A stretch of 64,000 nt of DNA from an uncultured delta proteobacterium (lineage in GTDB: Bacteria; Myxococcota_A; Polyangia; Polyangiales; Polyangiaceae), in the NCBI GenBank assembly GCA_963716725.1, contig CAVQUB010000012.1:279469-343468 (forward strand), given 5' to 3'. Under the pieces are notes generated by a model. That model saw only the letters and a program-made list of their open reading frames with translations, was not told the DNA's origin and ran no database searches. Positions 41,085 to 51,043 of the stretch are shown piece by piece. Numbering within the stretch: the first letter of the stretch is position 1; the number at the start of each line of letters is the position of its first letter. A program made the position numbers and the translations under genes.

Positions 41085-41660
41085 GTGAGCGAGTACCATC
41101 ACGCGATGGTCCACGTCTGGCACGAACTCCCGAGTCGGCCGCCGTCGCCGAGCGACGCGGTCAACGCGCTGATCGAGATCCCTCGCGGCTCGAAGGTCAA
41201 GTACGAGCTGGACAAACCCACGGGGCTCTTGCGCGTGGATCGCGTGCTGCACAGCTCGGTGCACTACCCCGCGAACTACGGCTTCATCCCGCGCACCTAC
41301 TGCGGCGACGGGGATCCTCTCGACGTGCTGGTGCTGTGCAGCGAGTCGGTCGAGGCGATGTGCCTGATGGTTGCACGGCCCATCGGAATGGTGCGCATGG
41401 TCGACGACGGCAAGGCCGACGACAAGATCATCGCCGTTCACCTGCACGATCCAGGCTTCAACGAGTACCGCGAGATCGAACAGCTGCCCCGCCACATCGC
41501 CCGGGAAATCCAGCGCTTCTTCCTCGACTACAAATCCCTCGAGGCCAGAAAGGACATCATCGCCGAAGATCCGGTGGGGCGAGTGGAGGCCGAGCGCGTG
41601 ATCGAAGAAGCCGTGGAACTCTATCGCAAGGAAGAGAGCCGCCTCCGGGGGTGGGCATGA
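41085..41660 (+). CDS. ppa: Inorganic pyrophosphatase (family I)
   Basis: IEIPRGSKVKYELDK, YPANYGFIP, DGDPLDVLV, DDKIIAV, FFLDYK. Confidence 0.96.
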   Translation: MSEYHHAMVHVWHELPSRPPSPSDAVNALIEIPRGSKVKYELDKPTGLLRVDRVLHSSVHYPANYGFIPRTYCGDGDPLDVLVLCSESVEAMCLMVARPIGMVRMVDDGKADDKIIAVHLHDPGFNEYREIEQLPRHIAREIQRFFLDYKSLEARKDIIAEDPVGRVEAERVIEEAVELYRKEESRLRGWA

Positions 41661-41986
41661 CCCGCGACGACGACCGCGAGCGGATCCTCGCGCGGCGGGC
41701 GAAGTTCGTGGCAGCCGCGGTCGCCGCGCTGGGAGTCGGGGCCTGCAAGCCGCAGCCGCCCGAACCGTGCCTGTCGATGCAGGCGTGTTTGTCCATCGCG
41801 CCGGAGCCCGAGCCCGAGCCGTGTCTCAGCATGCAGATGAACGAGGACGCGGGCCCCGAGCCGGAGCCCCAGCCCTGTTTGTCGCAGCCCCAACCGCCGC
41901 CGCAGGTGTGCCTGTCCGTACAGCCCGAGCCGGAGCCCGAGACCCCGCCCGGACCCTTCGCGGATCCGCCGCCGGGCAAGAGCTGA
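41657..41986 (+). CDS. Small lipoprotein with five (P/A/V)CLS repeats
   Basis: ATGA overlap with ppa; RILARRAKFVAAAVAALGVGAC; PCLSM, ACLSI, PCLSM, PCLSQ, VCLSV. Confidence 0.75.
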   Translation: MTRDDDRERILARRAKFVAAAVAALGVGACKPQPPEPCLSMQACLSIAPEPEPEPCLSMQMNEDAGPEPEPQPCLSQPQPPPQVCLSVQPEPEPETPPGPFADPPPGKS

Positions 41987-43486
41987 TCACAGGCTGGCGA
42001 GGGCCGCGAGCGTTGGCCGGAGCGCCGGATAGAGCTGCGTGTAGATCGAGTAGAGCAGCGCGTAGCGTTCGGCGTCGCGCCCCGGAGTGAAGCGTTCACC
42101 CATGGCCGTCATGCGCGTTACGGCGGTCTCCAGATCGGCGTGCAGTCCTGCGCCGAGCGTTGCCAGGATCCCAGCGCCGAGCGCGGTCGCTTCGGTGGTG
42201 CGGGCTCGGACCACGGGCTTTTGCAGAATGTCGCTCAGCAGTTGGCACCAGAGCGTGCTCTTGGCGCCGCCGCCCATGACCACCATCTCGGTGATGGGGT
42301 TACCTGTCGCTGCCTCGACACCGCTCGTGTGCAGGCGTTGTTCGAAGGCGATGCCCTCGAGCACTGCTCGATGGATGTGAGCGGGGCCATGACGTCCGGT
42401 GAGCCCCACCACGATCCCCGTGGCCGAGTCGTCCCAGTACGGGTTCATCACGCCGTTCCAGTACGGGACGATCAGGAGGCCTTCGGCCCCGGCGGGCAGC
42501 GCTTCGGCTTCGCGCTCCAGCTCCGCGAGCTTCTGTCCCGGGTCGCTCGCGCCGAGCACTCGCTCGGCCAGCCAGTTCAAGGTGAAGGTGCCACCCTTCA
42601 GATCGGTCTCGAGAAAATAGGTCCCGGGGGCAGCCGCGTAGAGTGTTCGGAACGCGTCGCTCGTGCGGTACTCGCGCGAGGACACGCCCGAGACGATGGC
42701 GGTGCCGAGGTTCAGATAGGCGCGCCCCCCAGCAGCACTGATGCCCGCGCCCAGGCCGGCGGCTTGGCCGTCGCCCGCGCCGGCGATCACGGGCAAGCCC
42801 GCCGCGAGTCCGAGGCTGGCCGCCACCGACGCGTCGAGCGAGCCGAGCAGCGTGCCCGGTTCGACCAGCTCTGGGAGCTGACTCGGCTCGAGCCCCACCA
42901 GCCCGCACAGCTCGGGCGACCACGCGCGCTGCTTCATGTCCACGAGGCCCAGCGGATCGGCCGAGGCCAGCGAGGTGGCCAGGCGACCGGTCAGCCGCCA
43001 ACACAAGAAGGCGTGCACGTCGAGCACTCGCGGACCTGCGCTCGCCAGATCCGGCCGCCGAGCGAAGAGCGACATCAGCTTGTACAACGACGGCGTGATG
43101 CACGCAGGCTTGCCCGAGATCTCCCGCAAGCGATCCGCGCCGAGCTTGGTGCGGGCGATTTCGACCTGCTCGATGCCGCGTGCGTCCATCCACACTAGCG
43201 CGGGGTGGAGCGGCTTCGAGTCGGCATCCGTGAGCACGAAGGTCTCACGCTGGTGGGTGACGCAGAGTGCGCGCACTTCGCTCGCACGCGACCCAAGCGC
43301 GTGCACGCATTCCGCTACGGCGACCAGCGTCGCGGACCACCACGCCTCCGCGTCCTGCTCCCAGGCATCGGCTGCGGGGTTGTCCAGCGCGAAGGTGGCG
43401 CGTCCTTCGGCCACGCTCAGACCCTCGAGATCCCAGGCCACGACCTTGCTGGCCGTCGTGCTGCAATCGATCCCCAGCACGAGCAT
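41987..43486 (-). CDS. FGGY carbohydrate kinase (xylulokinase-like)
   Basis: LGIDCSTTASK, QRET, WMDAR, GAGDGQAA, AVLEGIAF, GGGAKS. Confidence 0.92.
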   Translation of the reverse strand: MLVLGIDCSTTASKVVAWDLEGLSVAEGRATFALDNPAADAWEQDAEAWWSATLVAVAECVHALGSRASEVRALCVTHQRETFVLTDADSKPLHPALVWMDARGIEQVEIARTKLGADRLREISGKPACITPSLYKLMSLFARRPDLASAGPRVLDVHAFLCWRLTGRLATSLASADPLGLVDMKQRAWSPELCGLVGLEPSQLPELVEPGTLLGSLDASVAASLGLAAGLPVIAGAGDGQAAGLGAGISAAGGRAYLNLGTAIVSGVSSREYRTSDAFRTLYAAAPGTYFLETDLKGGTFTLNWLAERVLGASDPGQKLAELEREAEALPAGAEGLLIVPYWNGVMNPYWDDSATGIVVGLTGRHGPAHIHRAVLEGIAFEQRLHTSGVEAATGNPITEMVVMGGGAKSTLWCQLLSDILQKPVVRARTTEATALGAGILATLGAGLHADLETAVTRMTAMGERFTPGRDAERYALLYSIYTQLYPALRPTLAALASL

Positions 43487-43489
43487 GGA

Positions 43490-44536
43490 TCACCTGAAGA
43501 AGCGGGCGAAGGGCATGGCGACCGGGCGGCCGTCGAGGGCGACCTCGGCCATGTGTTCCAGCAGAGGCACGCTGCCTTCGCCGAGGTCCCCGCGAGCCTT
43601 CAGGGTGGGCAGCGCCATGCGCATCACCCGCAAGATGTCGAGGCACTCGAGGGTCGCGCCCTGCATGCGCTCGATGGCCTCCGGGACCGAGAGTCCGAGG
43701 CCGAGCAACTTGCCGAAACGCCCGGTGCGCCCGCCGTTGGTGGTCACGTCCAAATCGCCGACGCCCGGCAGCCCCGAGGCGCTCTCGGGATCGCCGCCCA
43801 CCGCCCGGACGATGGCGCGCATTTCCCGTACACTTTCGGCGAAGACCGCGGCCTCGTAGTTGTGCTGCGCGATACTCCCGGGCACGCCGCCGGACTTCTC
43901 GTGCAGGCCCTGTGCGAAGGCGATGCCCATGGCGAAGGCGTTCTTGAGCGCAGCGCAGACCTCCACTCCGAGCACATCGTTGCTCGTAACCGGATGATAG
44001 TAGGCCGTCGTCAGCGCAGCCCGTAGGCGATCGAGCTTGGCTTCGTCGCGACCAGTGAGCACGACGCAAGTCTCGACTCGGCGCGCGAGTTCACCGGCGA
44101 TGCAGGGCCCTGCGACCGCCGCCGGGCAGATCTTCCCGACCCATTCGTGACCCATGCGGCGTTCGAGCACGTCGGGCAGTGCGACCAGCGATGTGCCCGA
44201 CCACTCGAGCCCCTTGGTGATCATCACCACCGGGAGCTCGGGTCGCAAGAAGGGCCGGAGCACGTCGGCGGCCCAGTGCACGCCCCCCGAGCTGACGCCT
44301 ATGCCGATGATCTCGACGCCGCGCATGGCCTCGGCCAGGTCTTCGATGAAGTACGGCTGAATCGCCGGAGGCATGTCCAACGAGAGCTTCGGGTGATGAC
44401 CCCGCTGCTCGAGGCTCGCGACGATCTCGCGATCGAGGTGAGTGCCGCAGAGCCGCACTTCGTGTCCCGCATCGACGAGTGGGGTGCAGAGCGCGGTTCC
44501 CATCATGCCCGCGCCGATCACGGTGACGACTGCCAT
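43490..44536 (-). CDS. NAD(P)H-dependent glycerol-3-phosphate dehydrogenase-like protein (divergent GpsA family)
   Basis: IGAGMMGTAL, ITKGL, AGPCIAGE, GVEVCAALKN, GVGDLDVT..GGR. Confidence 0.82.
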   Translation of the reverse strand: MAVVTVIGAGMMGTALCTPLVDAGHEVRLCGTHLDREIVASLEQRGHHPKLSLDMPPAIQPYFIEDLAEAMRGVEIIGIGVSSGGVHWAADVLRPFLRPELPVVMITKGLEWSGTSLVALPDVLERRMGHEWVGKICPAAVAGPCIAGELARRVETCVVLTGRDEAKLDRLRAALTTAYYHPVTSNDVLGVEVCAALKNAFAMGIAFAQGLHEKSGGVPGSIAQHNYEAAVFAESVREMRAIVRAVGGDPESASGLPGVGDLDVTTNGGRTGRFGKLLGLGLSVPEAIERMQGATLECLDILRVMRMALPTLKARGDLGEGSVPLLEHMAEVALDGRPVAMPFARFFR

Positions 44537-44626
44537 CGACGCCAGCATGCCGTGGGCGCTGCGGGCGGGGAAGGGGCGACGCCGATCGGACCCGGTTAGG
44601 GCCCGGCTTTTCGGCCGCTCAGCCGC

Positions 44627-45613
44627 TCAGCCGCAGTACGCGCCCTGCGCGCCGCTCTGGCATGTCATGCCGATGCTCGTGCAGTCGAAGGTCTGGGGCT
44701 TGCTGCCGACGCAGAGCTTGATCCCGTCACCCGCGCAGGTGTCGATCTGCTGGTCTCCCAGATCGCAGGCCAGAGGCGGCCTCGTGCAGTGGGCAGTGGG
44801 CTTGGCGTTGCATTTGCCACCCACGGCGGCGCAGTCGATCTCACCGTAGAAGCCGCCGAAGCACGCGCGGACCCGATCGCCGACGCACTGCACGGCGTTG
44901 GTGGAGCAGAAGGGCGTCAGCCCATTCAGGATGCAGTCCTGGTTGCCGCTCGCCTGGTCCTTGCCGCAGGTCGAGCCCCAGTAGGCGCAGTCTTCACCGT
45001 AGGACAGATTGCCGTCGGTACAGAAGCTGACCACGCTGCCCGTGCACACCGACTCCGTGGTGGTGCAGGTTTGAGATGCCGCGCAGCGATATTGGCCGGT
45101 GGAGTTCAGAAGGCAGGTCGATCCCGGATAGAAATACGGGCTGTCGCAGTGCGTGACTCGGTTGAAGTTGCACTCGTAGACGGACTTTTTGTCCGGTGAG
45201 CAGTCGCCATCGACGCCGCCGTCGGACCCTTGGCAGCGTGGGTCCGCGGGGTCCATGTATTCGTAGGGCAGGCACGCGCCGGCGGTGAGGCAGTTGGTGG
45301 CTTCGGCGGCACACTTCAGCGCCTTGCTCTGTTGATCGATGCCAAGGTGGGTCGATGGGACCGGCGCCGAAAGCAGATCGATGCAGGTCGAGTAGGTCGT
45401 GCCGTCGATGGGCAGCAACAGCGAAAAGCTGAGCGAGAAGCCGAGGTGGGGACAGGTTTGCACCCTGCTGCACAAGCGCGCGGCGTTCTCCAGCGACAAG
45501 AAGCCCTTGCCCGAAGGCGTGCCGGCGTCGCTCTTGCCCGTACCAGTGAACCCGTCGAGCGAGGGGCAGCCAGCTAGGACGAGCGCTGGCACGATGAGCC
45601 ACGTTCGTCGCAT
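44627..45613 (-). CDS. Cys-rich lipoprotein
   Basis: Lipobox LAGC; dense Cys repeats of the C.G....C type. Confidence 0.75.
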   Translation of the reverse strand: MRRTWLIVPALVLAGCPSLDGFTGTGKSDAGTPSGKGFLSLENAARLCSRVQTCPHLGFSLSFSLLLPIDGTTYSTCIDLLSAPVPSTHLGIDQQSKALKCAAEATNCLTAGACLPYEYMDPADPRCQGSDGGVDGDCSPDKKSVYECNFNRVTHCDSPYFYPGSTCLLNSTGQYRCAASQTCTTTESVCTGSVVSFCTDGNLSYGEDCAYWGSTCGKDQASGNQDCILNGLTPFCSTNAVQCVGDRVRACFGGFYGEIDCAAVGGKCNAKPTAHCTRPPLACDLGDQQIDTCAGDGIKLCVGSKPQTFDCTSIGMTCQSGAQGAYCG

Positions 45614-45614
45614 C

Positions 45615-46499
45615 TCAGAACCTCCCCTTGAGCACCGCGCCGCCCAGGGTGGGGTGCAGCGAAAACCCCTGCTTTTCCGGAGAACGCTTGGGTGACGAGC
45701 TGAAGTAGAGCACCCCGCTGGTCAAGAGCAGCGCGCCCCCGATGCCCGCAGCGACGTAGGACAGATTGTACAGGCGGTACACGGAGTCGACTTCGTCCTG
45801 GGTGCAGGTCCCGGCGCCTCCACAGTCATCCTTCAACGACGAACGCTTCTGCAGCGCGACGAAGCCCACGACTCCCGCGGTGGCCAGCGCAGCGACGCCG
45901 ATGCCACCGACCACCATCGTCCCGGTCGAGAGCTCGCGGGAGCCGCTCTCGAGCTCGGGCTCCTGCTTCGGTTCTTTCTTCGCGTCGGCGAGGGTCACCA
46001 TCACGATCCGGGTCTTCTCACCTTCGCGGATCAGCAGCGTCTTTTCTAGCGGCGGTTTGCCCGAGGTTTCGAAGCGCACGCTGTGCTTTCCCGGGTCGAG
46101 CGCGATGGCCTTTCCATCCAAGCTCTCGAGAAGCGGCTTGCCGTCGACGCTGACGCTGACCTCGGTGAGATCGCGACCGGTGGCATCTTTGGCGGCAAAG
46201 ACCACCGTCGGCGTGGCGCGATCGAGGGCTTCGAGCCCCGCTTCGCAGTCCTTTCGCACGGCCCCCGGGCAGTTCTTGTCGCTGCACACGGCCAGCTTTT
46301 CCCGCGCGGCCTCGAGCTTTCCTTTGGAGCTGAGGAGCTGTCCCTCTTCGGAAGCCGCGATGCACTCGTCGCGGATCTGCTTCTTGCTCTTGCCCGCGGC
46401 GTGGGCCGAGCCGCCGGTGGTGGTTCCGACCGCGCAAAGCCCGATCATCCAGATCGCTGCGCCCCGCATCCAGGACGAGCTCCGCTTGGCTACAGACAT
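45615..46499 (-). CDS. Secreted TPR/PEGA-like protein with C-terminal membrane region
   Basis: Signal peptide; EGQ....GKL.AARE.L..C....CP; VSVDGK...LDPGKH; ends GGAVLKGRF. Confidence 0.7.
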   Translation of the reverse strand: MSVAKRSSSWMRGAAIWMIGLCAVGTTTGGSAHAAGKSKKQIRDECIAASEEGQLLSSKGKLEAAREKLAVCSDKNCPGAVRKDCEAGLEALDRATPTVVFAAKDATGRDLTEVSVSVDGKPLLESLDGKAIALDPGKHSVRFETSGKPPLEKTLLIREGEKTRIVMVTLADAKKEPKQEPELESGSRELSTGTMVVGGIGVAALATAGVVGFVALQKRSSLKDDCGGAGTCTQDEVDSVYRLYNLSYVAAGIGGALLLTSGVLYFSSSPKRSPEKQGFSLHPTLGGAVLKGRF

Positions 46500-48001
46500 T
46501 CCTTCTTCCATATCTTGCGGCCGGTTTGGTCGCGAACATATGGCACGGCGCAATCCGGCGGGGCCTTGAAGGAGCCGGGTTTCGGCGGGGTCTTGGTCCT
46601 CGTGGGCGGCGCGGTCGAGGCCCCCGGAGCGGCCGAAGGTGCGTGCGGAGCGGCGGAGACCGTCAGGTCGGGTGCCGGTGGGGCGGCCAGCGCGTCCAGA
46701 CCGGGCGCCGATGCCGGCGGCCTCGAGGCCGCCGCGTCCCCGGTCGACGACGCGGGCGCGGCGAAGACGCGGAAGACCAGGATGACGGCCAGAGCCCCGC
46801 CCCCAGCCGCCAGGGCGGCGAGTGCAGCGTTGGCCAGGACGCGACGCTTCGCCGGGGGTGGCGGCGCGGTATTGGCGACCGACAGCGCCGCTGACCGGGA
46901 TCCCGTCTCCAGATCGGCAACGCTCGGCGTCGGACCGAAGGCGCGCGTGGAGCCCTGGTCAGTGCGCAATTCGCCGGCGCGAAACTCGGCCAGGGCCTGG
47001 CTCGCCCGGTCTCCGGCGTCACTGGTGGCGCTCTCGACCTCGGCCACCCGCTCGGCGCGCGCGGCCAGCGCGACGGGTGCGACGCTCTCGACCCAGCTTC
47101 CGACCTGCGATGATGACGGGAGCGGGAGGCATTCTTCGAGCGCGAGGGCCATCTCGCGGGCGGTCTGCCATCGCGCGTCGACGTCGCGACTCAGGCCACG
47201 CAACACCACGGCGTCGACCGCGGCGGGCAGATCGGAGACGACGGTGCTGGGCGGCGGGATTGCTGCGTTCAGCACGCGGTCCAGCGCCATGGCCTCGTTG
47301 TCCGCGTCGAAGAGGCGTTTCCCCACCAGCATTTCCCAGAGCACCACTGACGCCGCGAAGATGTCCGTGCGGCGATCGGTGTTGCTCGAGTGGATCTGCT
47401 CGGGCGACATATAGGCAACCTTGCCCTTGAGCCGCCCGCTCTCGGTGGTCTGGAGGCGGCCTACCGCTTTCGCGACGCCGAAGTCGAGCACGCGGGCAAC
47501 ACCGTCGGTGCCCACCAAGATATTCTGCGGTGACACGTCGCGGTGCACGATGTGCAGCGGCTCCCCCTTCTCGCTGCGCGCCTCGTGGGCCGCGTGCAGG
47601 CCGTGCAGCGCGCCCACCGCGATGGCGACGGCCATCCCGACGGGCATCAGACTGTCGCGGACGCGGAGTTGCCGCAGGAGGCGCGCTACTGACTCGCCCT
47701 GCACGTACTCCATCACGAGGAAGAGCTGCCCGTCCGTGGCCACGACATCCAGGGTCGGGACCACGTTCGGGTGGCGGATGCGGGCGGCCAGGCGGGCTTC
47801 GTCCAAGAACCCGGCGACGAACTCGGGATCGCTGGCGAACTGCTCGTGGAGCCGCTTGATGGCCACGGTGCGCGAGAAGCCGGCCGGGCCGAGCAAACGG
47901 CCGAGGTGCACCGTCGCCATGCCGCCGGACGCCAACGCTCCGAAGAGCGCGTAGCGTCCGATGATCTGCGAGGGTTGCCCCGGCGAGCTGCTGGGGTCCA
48001 T
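46490..48001 (-). CDS. Membrane Ser/Thr protein kinase
   Basis: LASGGMATV, VAIK, HRDVSPQN, DFG, YMSPEQ, DIFA; TM then Pro-rich tail. Confidence 0.96.
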   Translation of the reverse strand: MDPSSSPGQPSQIIGRYALFGALASGGMATVHLGRLLGPAGFSRTVAIKRLHEQFASDPEFVAGFLDEARLAARIRHPNVVPTLDVVATDGQLFLVMEYVQGESVARLLRQLRVRDSLMPVGMAVAIAVGALHGLHAAHEARSEKGEPLHIVHRDVSPQNILVGTDGVARVLDFGVAKAVGRLQTTESGRLKGKVAYMSPEQIHSSNTDRRTDIFAASVVLWEMLVGKRLFDADNEAMALDRVLNAAIPPPSTVVSDLPAAVDAVVLRGLSRDVDARWQTAREMALALEECLPLPSSSQVGSWVESVAPVALAARAERVAEVESATSDAGDRASQALAEFRAGELRTDQGSTRAFGPTPSVADLETGSRSAALSVANTAPPPPAKRRVLANAALAALAAGGGALAVILVFRVFAAPASSTGDAAASRPPASAPGLDALAAPPAPDLTVSAAPHAPSAAPGASTAPPTRTKTPPKPGSFKAPPDCAVPYVRDQTGRKIWKKECL

Positions 48002-48077
48002 GACCGCTGATGTTACCTCGAAATGGGCGAGCCGACCCACTACTCGGAGGCCGAGCCGGGAAACGCGCGCCTCCGGT

Positions 48078-48639
48078 TCAGAGCCCCACGCCGAATTCGC
48101 GGCCGCAGAGCGTTCCCGACAGCTGGTTCCCGCTCTGGCCGAACTCGACCGCGCACGCGTCCGCGGCGTAGTCGATGGGCGGATCGTAGACGTTTCCGAC
48201 CAGGGTGACCGCCGCGCCCTGCATCACCAGCGCCGTGGTCGCCGTGGGTTGCACCGCGAGAGTGCCCGATTGGGAGACCGTTCCGGTCACGGTCATGTCG
48301 TAGTTTTCCCCCGGTTCGTCGTCACGAGACAGGTAGTGGCAGGCTGCGAGCTCGTAGGTCAGCTCCACCTGGGTCGAGCCGAATTTCGGGGTTCGAGCTG
48401 GCCGTGCCGAAGACCCGCGCCTGGCCGCCGAGGGGGCAGGGCGTGGTCTCGTCCTGTGGACCCACTGGCTTTCCCTGTAGCGTGATGTTGTACACGAGCT
48501 TCATGGTCTCGCGCAGCGCGCGCGCGGCCGTCGAGTCCTGACACTCTTCGTCACAGGGCGGCGACGGATCGGCTTGCTCGTCGCTGCAGCCCGCAGCGAG
48601 TAGCGCCATCACCAGACCGAGCACGCGCAACCACGTCAT
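48078..48639 (-). CDS. Lipoprotein downstream of the TBDR; 1-bp frameshift near 48385
   Basis: MTWLRVLGLVMALLAAGC..CPLGGQARVFG then shift to GSTQVELTYELAAC...SGTLCGREF. Confidence 0.65.
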
Positions 48640-51032
48640 CAGAAGCCTCCTTCTACACCAATGCTGGGGATGGTCACGGGTCCGATCTCCTCGGCCTCGC
48701 AGCCCTCGAGGGTGCACTCGCTCTGCACGGCCTCCTTGTTCAGGGTGGCGTTCATCGCCTCGGCCACCGCGCTGATCCAGACGGTGTCCGTGAGCTGCCA
48801 ACGCTTTTCGATGCGTAGGTCGATCCGGAAAAAGGGCGGCAGTCGCGTCGAGCCATCGAAGGGATCCGGCGGCTTCGGCAGCCCCGTGTAGAACACCACC
48901 CGCGTGCCGGCGCGCCAGCGCCGCCCGAGGTCGTAGGCCACGGCGGCGTTGGCCACATGGGTTCGATCGAAAGCCGCGACGTAGTTGCGAGCGCCGTAGC
49001 TCCGCGTGGAGCGCGAGAGCGTGTACGAGAAGAATCCCCCGAGCTTCTTCGTCAGCTTTCGCTTCAAGAACAGCTCGAGGCCGTAGGATGCGCCCAGCGT
49101 GCGCACCTCGAAGACCTTTGCGAAGCTGCTGCCGCCACGGCTGTCGGCGCCCTGTCCCCCGCCGCCGCTGCGGTCGGCCCCCAGGGTCCCGGGCGCGAAT
49201 CAATCCGCGCAGTCCGGTGGGTTGTCGGGCGCCTTGCCGAAGTCGCCGCCAATCGTGTCGCCCGGGTAGGACCCGGGCGGGCAGCCATCGAGCTCGGGCT
49301 CACGCACTCCGAGCGGATCGCTCATGTCGAAGAACGCGTTCTGGAATACGGTCGCGGTGAAGGTGGTGGAGTTGCCCAGGTCCAGCTCGACGCCCATGCT
49401 CTCTTGCACCGCTCGCTGCAAGCCGCCGCGCAACCCGCCGGGCTGAAAACCCGGCACCGGCACCACGAAGGCCGGTGGTTGGTGCGCAATGCCGAGGGCG
49501 GTGAGGAAGTGCACACGCTCGCTCACCCGCGCCCGGGTGGCCAATCGCGGATCGATGCCGACCGCACTGACGCCCTCGGAGGCGTAGAGATCGATCCGGA
49601 GCCCGGGCGTGATGTCGAAGCCGGCTGCAGGAGTGATCACCGCGTCGCCGCGCATGCCGAAATTCAGATCGGTGCGCGACGGGAAGTTGGCCGCCGCCCG
49701 CTGGGCCGAGGGCGACAGCACCTGACTTCCGAGTTCGATGCCGTAGGTCTCGAGGGTCACGTCGGTGCCGGCGCGCACGCGCACGCCGTCGTCGACGCGG
49801 TACTCGACCTCATTGCGCCCGCCATAGAGCCGACTCACCACCGAGCGATCCTGTTGCACGCGCGAGCGGTCGACGCCGAGCGTGAACGCGGATCGCATCT
49901 TGCCGCGGGGTAGGTAGCGGTCGTAGCGCAGGTCGACGCGGTGGAATTCCGTCGAAAACAAGGTCAGCGGGTCACCTTGGGTCTTCTGAGCCAAATAGTC
50001 GAAGGAACCGAAGGCAAACACGCCGACGCGGTCGTCGCGGGTCAGGTCGTAGGTCGCTCGAGCTTGGTAGTCCCAGTACTCCAGCAAGATCCCGGGGGAG
50101 AGCTGCGAGAGCAGGAGCGCGGTGTAGGAGTAGCGTCCGCCGACGAGCGCGGTGCCGCGTCCATCGGCGAAGGGGGCCTCCACCGCAGCGCCGGCGTCGA
50201 ACAGACGCAGGTTGTACTCCCCGTGAAGCTCCGGGGTGGGCTCGGTGGTCTCACCGGCCACGATCCCACCGGCGAAGCGACCGAAGCGGGCAGGGTATCC
50301 ACCTGGGTACAGATCGACCCGGTCGATCAGGACGGGGTGGACCACCGACGGGCCGATGCCCACGTGGAAGAGCAGCGGCACGCGGATGCCGTCCAAGAAG
50401 TAGCCGACGTTGCCCGGCGGTGCGCCGCGGATGAAGAAGAAGGGCAACCCCGAGACGATGGGCGTGACTCCGGGCAGCGCTTCGATGGCACGGAAGGGGT
50501 CGCCGAAGGTGCCGGGGATCTGCCGCACTTCGGCCCGCGACAGCGACGCCGTCCGCGATGGCTCGGGGTGCTCACCGAGCACCACGATTTCGATCTTCTC
50601 GGCCTTGGGCTTCGGGGCCCCGGGCGCGGTCGTCGGCGCGGTCTCGGGCTCGGGCTCGGGTGTTGGCGCGGGTTCACGGAACACCACCTCGACGCGGATC
50701 TTCGCCACGATGGCTACGCCGTTGCGTGTGGCCGGCTCGAACAGCCACGCCAGCGCGCTCTCGACCGCCCGGGAGCTGAACGGCTCATCGACCTGATTTG
50801 GGACCGCGGAGGCGACCTTGCCGGCGCGATCAACGACCAAGGTCAGCACCACGGTAGCGCCACCCCTCGCGCCCTCGGGGTAGACCACGAGCGTGTCGGA
50901 GATCGCCTTCGGGGCCACCAAGACCGGGGCGGTGACCGCCGGATCGGGCACAGGCTGCGCGGCGACGTGGCCGGCGCCGAGCAGCGCGGCGATCAACAGA
51001 AACGGGGTCGGCCGCGTCGAGGTTCGCAGCAT
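48639..51032 (-). CDS. TonB-dependent receptor with N-terminal TonB_C domain; single in-frame TGA at 49200-49202
   Basis: YPEGA..G.V.L...V...G.V TonB_C; plug IPGTFGDPFRAIEALPGV, YPGGYPARFGR; the barrel continues in the same frame to GLELFLKR...PSIGVEGGF. Confidence 0.85.
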
Positions 51033-51043
51033 GGGCGGCCGAA

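Noticed and set aside
49200..49202. Selenocysteine or alternative genetic code at the in-frame TGA
   Set aside because: TGA is the normal stop of many genes here, no convincing SECIS follows, and TBDRs are not known selenoproteins
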